Source of the DNA: Pocillopora damicornis
Lineage: Eukaryota
Assembly: GCF_003704095.1 (NCBI RefSeq)
Contig: NW_020844494.1
Span: 682,001 to 746,000, forward strand
Length of the DNA: 64,000 nt
Direction: 5' to 3'
Positions 62,123-64,000 of this stretch are shown here, piece by piece (position 1 is the stretch's first letter; every line of letters starts with the position of its first letter). The translations under genes and the position numbers were made by a program. The notes under the pieces are model-generated. The model did no database searches. It had not been told where the DNA came from and saw only the letters and a list, made by a program, of their open reading frames with translations.

Positions 62123-63906
62123 TCAGTTTCTGGGGATGGGAGGGTGCTCCTCATACGAATCCACAGGACTATAAACAACGTCATTATACCCAAACGCCAC
62201 CGGGCCTCCAACTGCCAGTCCCTGCGGGGTGGTCCATAGAGGAGAGCAAGGCATGACGATGACAGCCACTCGGAGGCCATAACGAACTTCCTCTGTTGTG
62301 ATTGGCTGGCCTGTATCTTCATCTACTAAAGAGATCAAATCAGGAACCGTAGCAAGAACACTCCTGGAGCCATCATATTTTGTAACAAAAGCCACGTAGT
62401 TTTCATTCTGGAATTCAATACCAAGGTTCTGATTATTAAATTGTCCGGAGCCTTCAATGAGCAACCTTCCTCTGTTAAAGGCACCTTCAGTTACACGGCT
62501 TACGTCCGCTATCTACAAAAAGAACACATCAAATTTCAAGTTGTCGTATTTCTTACTCAATACAATTTTCTCAATCTACAAGGCAAATCATTTGTGGCCT
62601 TCGGACATTAAATAAAAATTTTCTCTTCTAAAATTAAAACGAAGCAGCCCGGCCAGTGGCGAACAACAACTCAACCCAGCGTTGCAATGTCCGAGATCTG
62701 CATTCTATATGATGGAAACATGCCCACAATCTACGAAACTAACGCTGTCAAACAGTTGAAATTAAAACAACAAGGTAACGAACCTTGCCAATCATTAAGA
62801 GTTTTCCATTTTCATGCTGAAGAATGCTATTCACTGGGGACGCCTTTTTGTGTCTGGCACGAAGAACAGTGTTACCCAGACGCCATGTTCTACTCACAGT
62901 ATACAGGGCACTTTTTTGTTGCACATCTTTCCAGTCAAGGACAAACGTAAAGCCAACCATGCAGCTAAAGAGCAAAATTAAAATATGTCAAGGAAAAAAT
63001 TAGTATCTGTTAACGGGACTGAAACTATGGCATTCGGGTTTTTGTCAAATTTGCTTGACTTCATGAGATGACTTATAGAGAGGTCAATTAGTAATAACAA
63101 AATAAATGCAAGATGCTTTGTCAACTTTTCCTGTCAATCCTCGGTAATCGAAAAGAGTTTCTTAAGTACCTACCCCATCTCTACCGTTTTAATTCTAAGA
63201 AAGCCTTCTAAGTGTTTGGGTGTTTCAGCAAATGTCAACGCGACCACATTTCCTTTTTCATCTCCAACGGCCGCTGGGTATGCTGGGCTACCATAAACAA
63301 ACGGCAAAAACATTTGCAACTCAGGAAACGCTCGTCCCATGCCATCCGCATCCACGATGGGGAGTCCCAGTTCTGCTCCAGCCACTAAGGGCTCGATAGA
63401 GTTGGCACCTCCTATCTCCGCACATACAACAGCCACGGGTTTCTTAGTGGATTGAGGCTGTTGATGAACAGACATCGAATTTCATACAAGACGCTGCTGG
63501 AAAAGCTGCATTATCAAATACTGAAACCTTCCACAAGATAGGCTTTTTATCTAGTTGAAATAATTCAAGTGCAAGTGTTGACTTGCAAGTAAGGACAACA
63601 ATTGCATATGAATTGTTTGTAAATTAACAAAAATGAGAATATGCCTAACAATCGGCCTCACAGAAGAAAGTTTACTCCTATACCTCATTATTGGCAGACA
63701 TCCACTCTTGAACACCTTTGACTTCCTTGATTCCTTCTCCATTGTCATGTTCATTAACAGCATCACCAGCGCATAAAACTGCTACAGCTGCTTTCACAGC
63801 TGAGAGACTTTCTTGTCCACTGAAAAGCTTCTCGATCAAGATAACTGGTGCACCCATAAAGGCAGGTGTCACCACGGTACCCGTTAGTTCAGGAGTGGAT
63901 CCTAAC
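62123..63906 (-). CDS. 3' exons of a DUF917-domain protein (possibly a hydantoinase/oxoprolinase-DUF917 fusion); continues beyond window
   Basis: Exons 63906-63684, 63457-63174, 62964-62784, 62512-62123, in phase. Motifs FMGAPVILIEK, EIGGANS, DADGMGRAFPELQM, FQNENY, VPDLISLVDEDTGQPITTEEVRYGLRV, GGPVAFG. Confidence 0.82.
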
Positions 63907-64000
63907 CTGAAAACACATGAAGGGAGAAGATGCAGCAATCTATATCAAAAGTTGACATCGTTAGCCATAGTATATTTTCCGACTCCAATTACATTCTCCC

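Overview
AT-rich, intron-containing animal DNA from a scaffolded draft assembly with several N gaps. Repeat families and gene content suggest a stony coral, probably Pocilloporidae (inference). Bases 1-19 kb are gene-poor: three intronless orphan ORFs, exon-like non-coding fragments, and a 171-bp palindrome carrying two back-to-back hammerhead ribozymes. Bases 20-36.5 kb hold a compact housekeeping cluster, RMDN2/3(-), GCHFR(+), DNAJC17(-), G6PC-like(+) and SYNJ2BP(+); the first three match the human 15q15 order and orientation. Next come a secreted PAN-EGF-C-type lectin, an intronless class A GPCR and a BK-channel beta-subunit-like gene. These are followed by a spliced multi-pass membrane patatin/cPLA2-type lipase with bacterial-style motifs, its decayed tandem paralogue, a second hammerhead palindrome, and the 3' end of a DUF917-containing gene. 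Exon boundaries were worked out by hand from splice sites and reading phase; no database searches were run.
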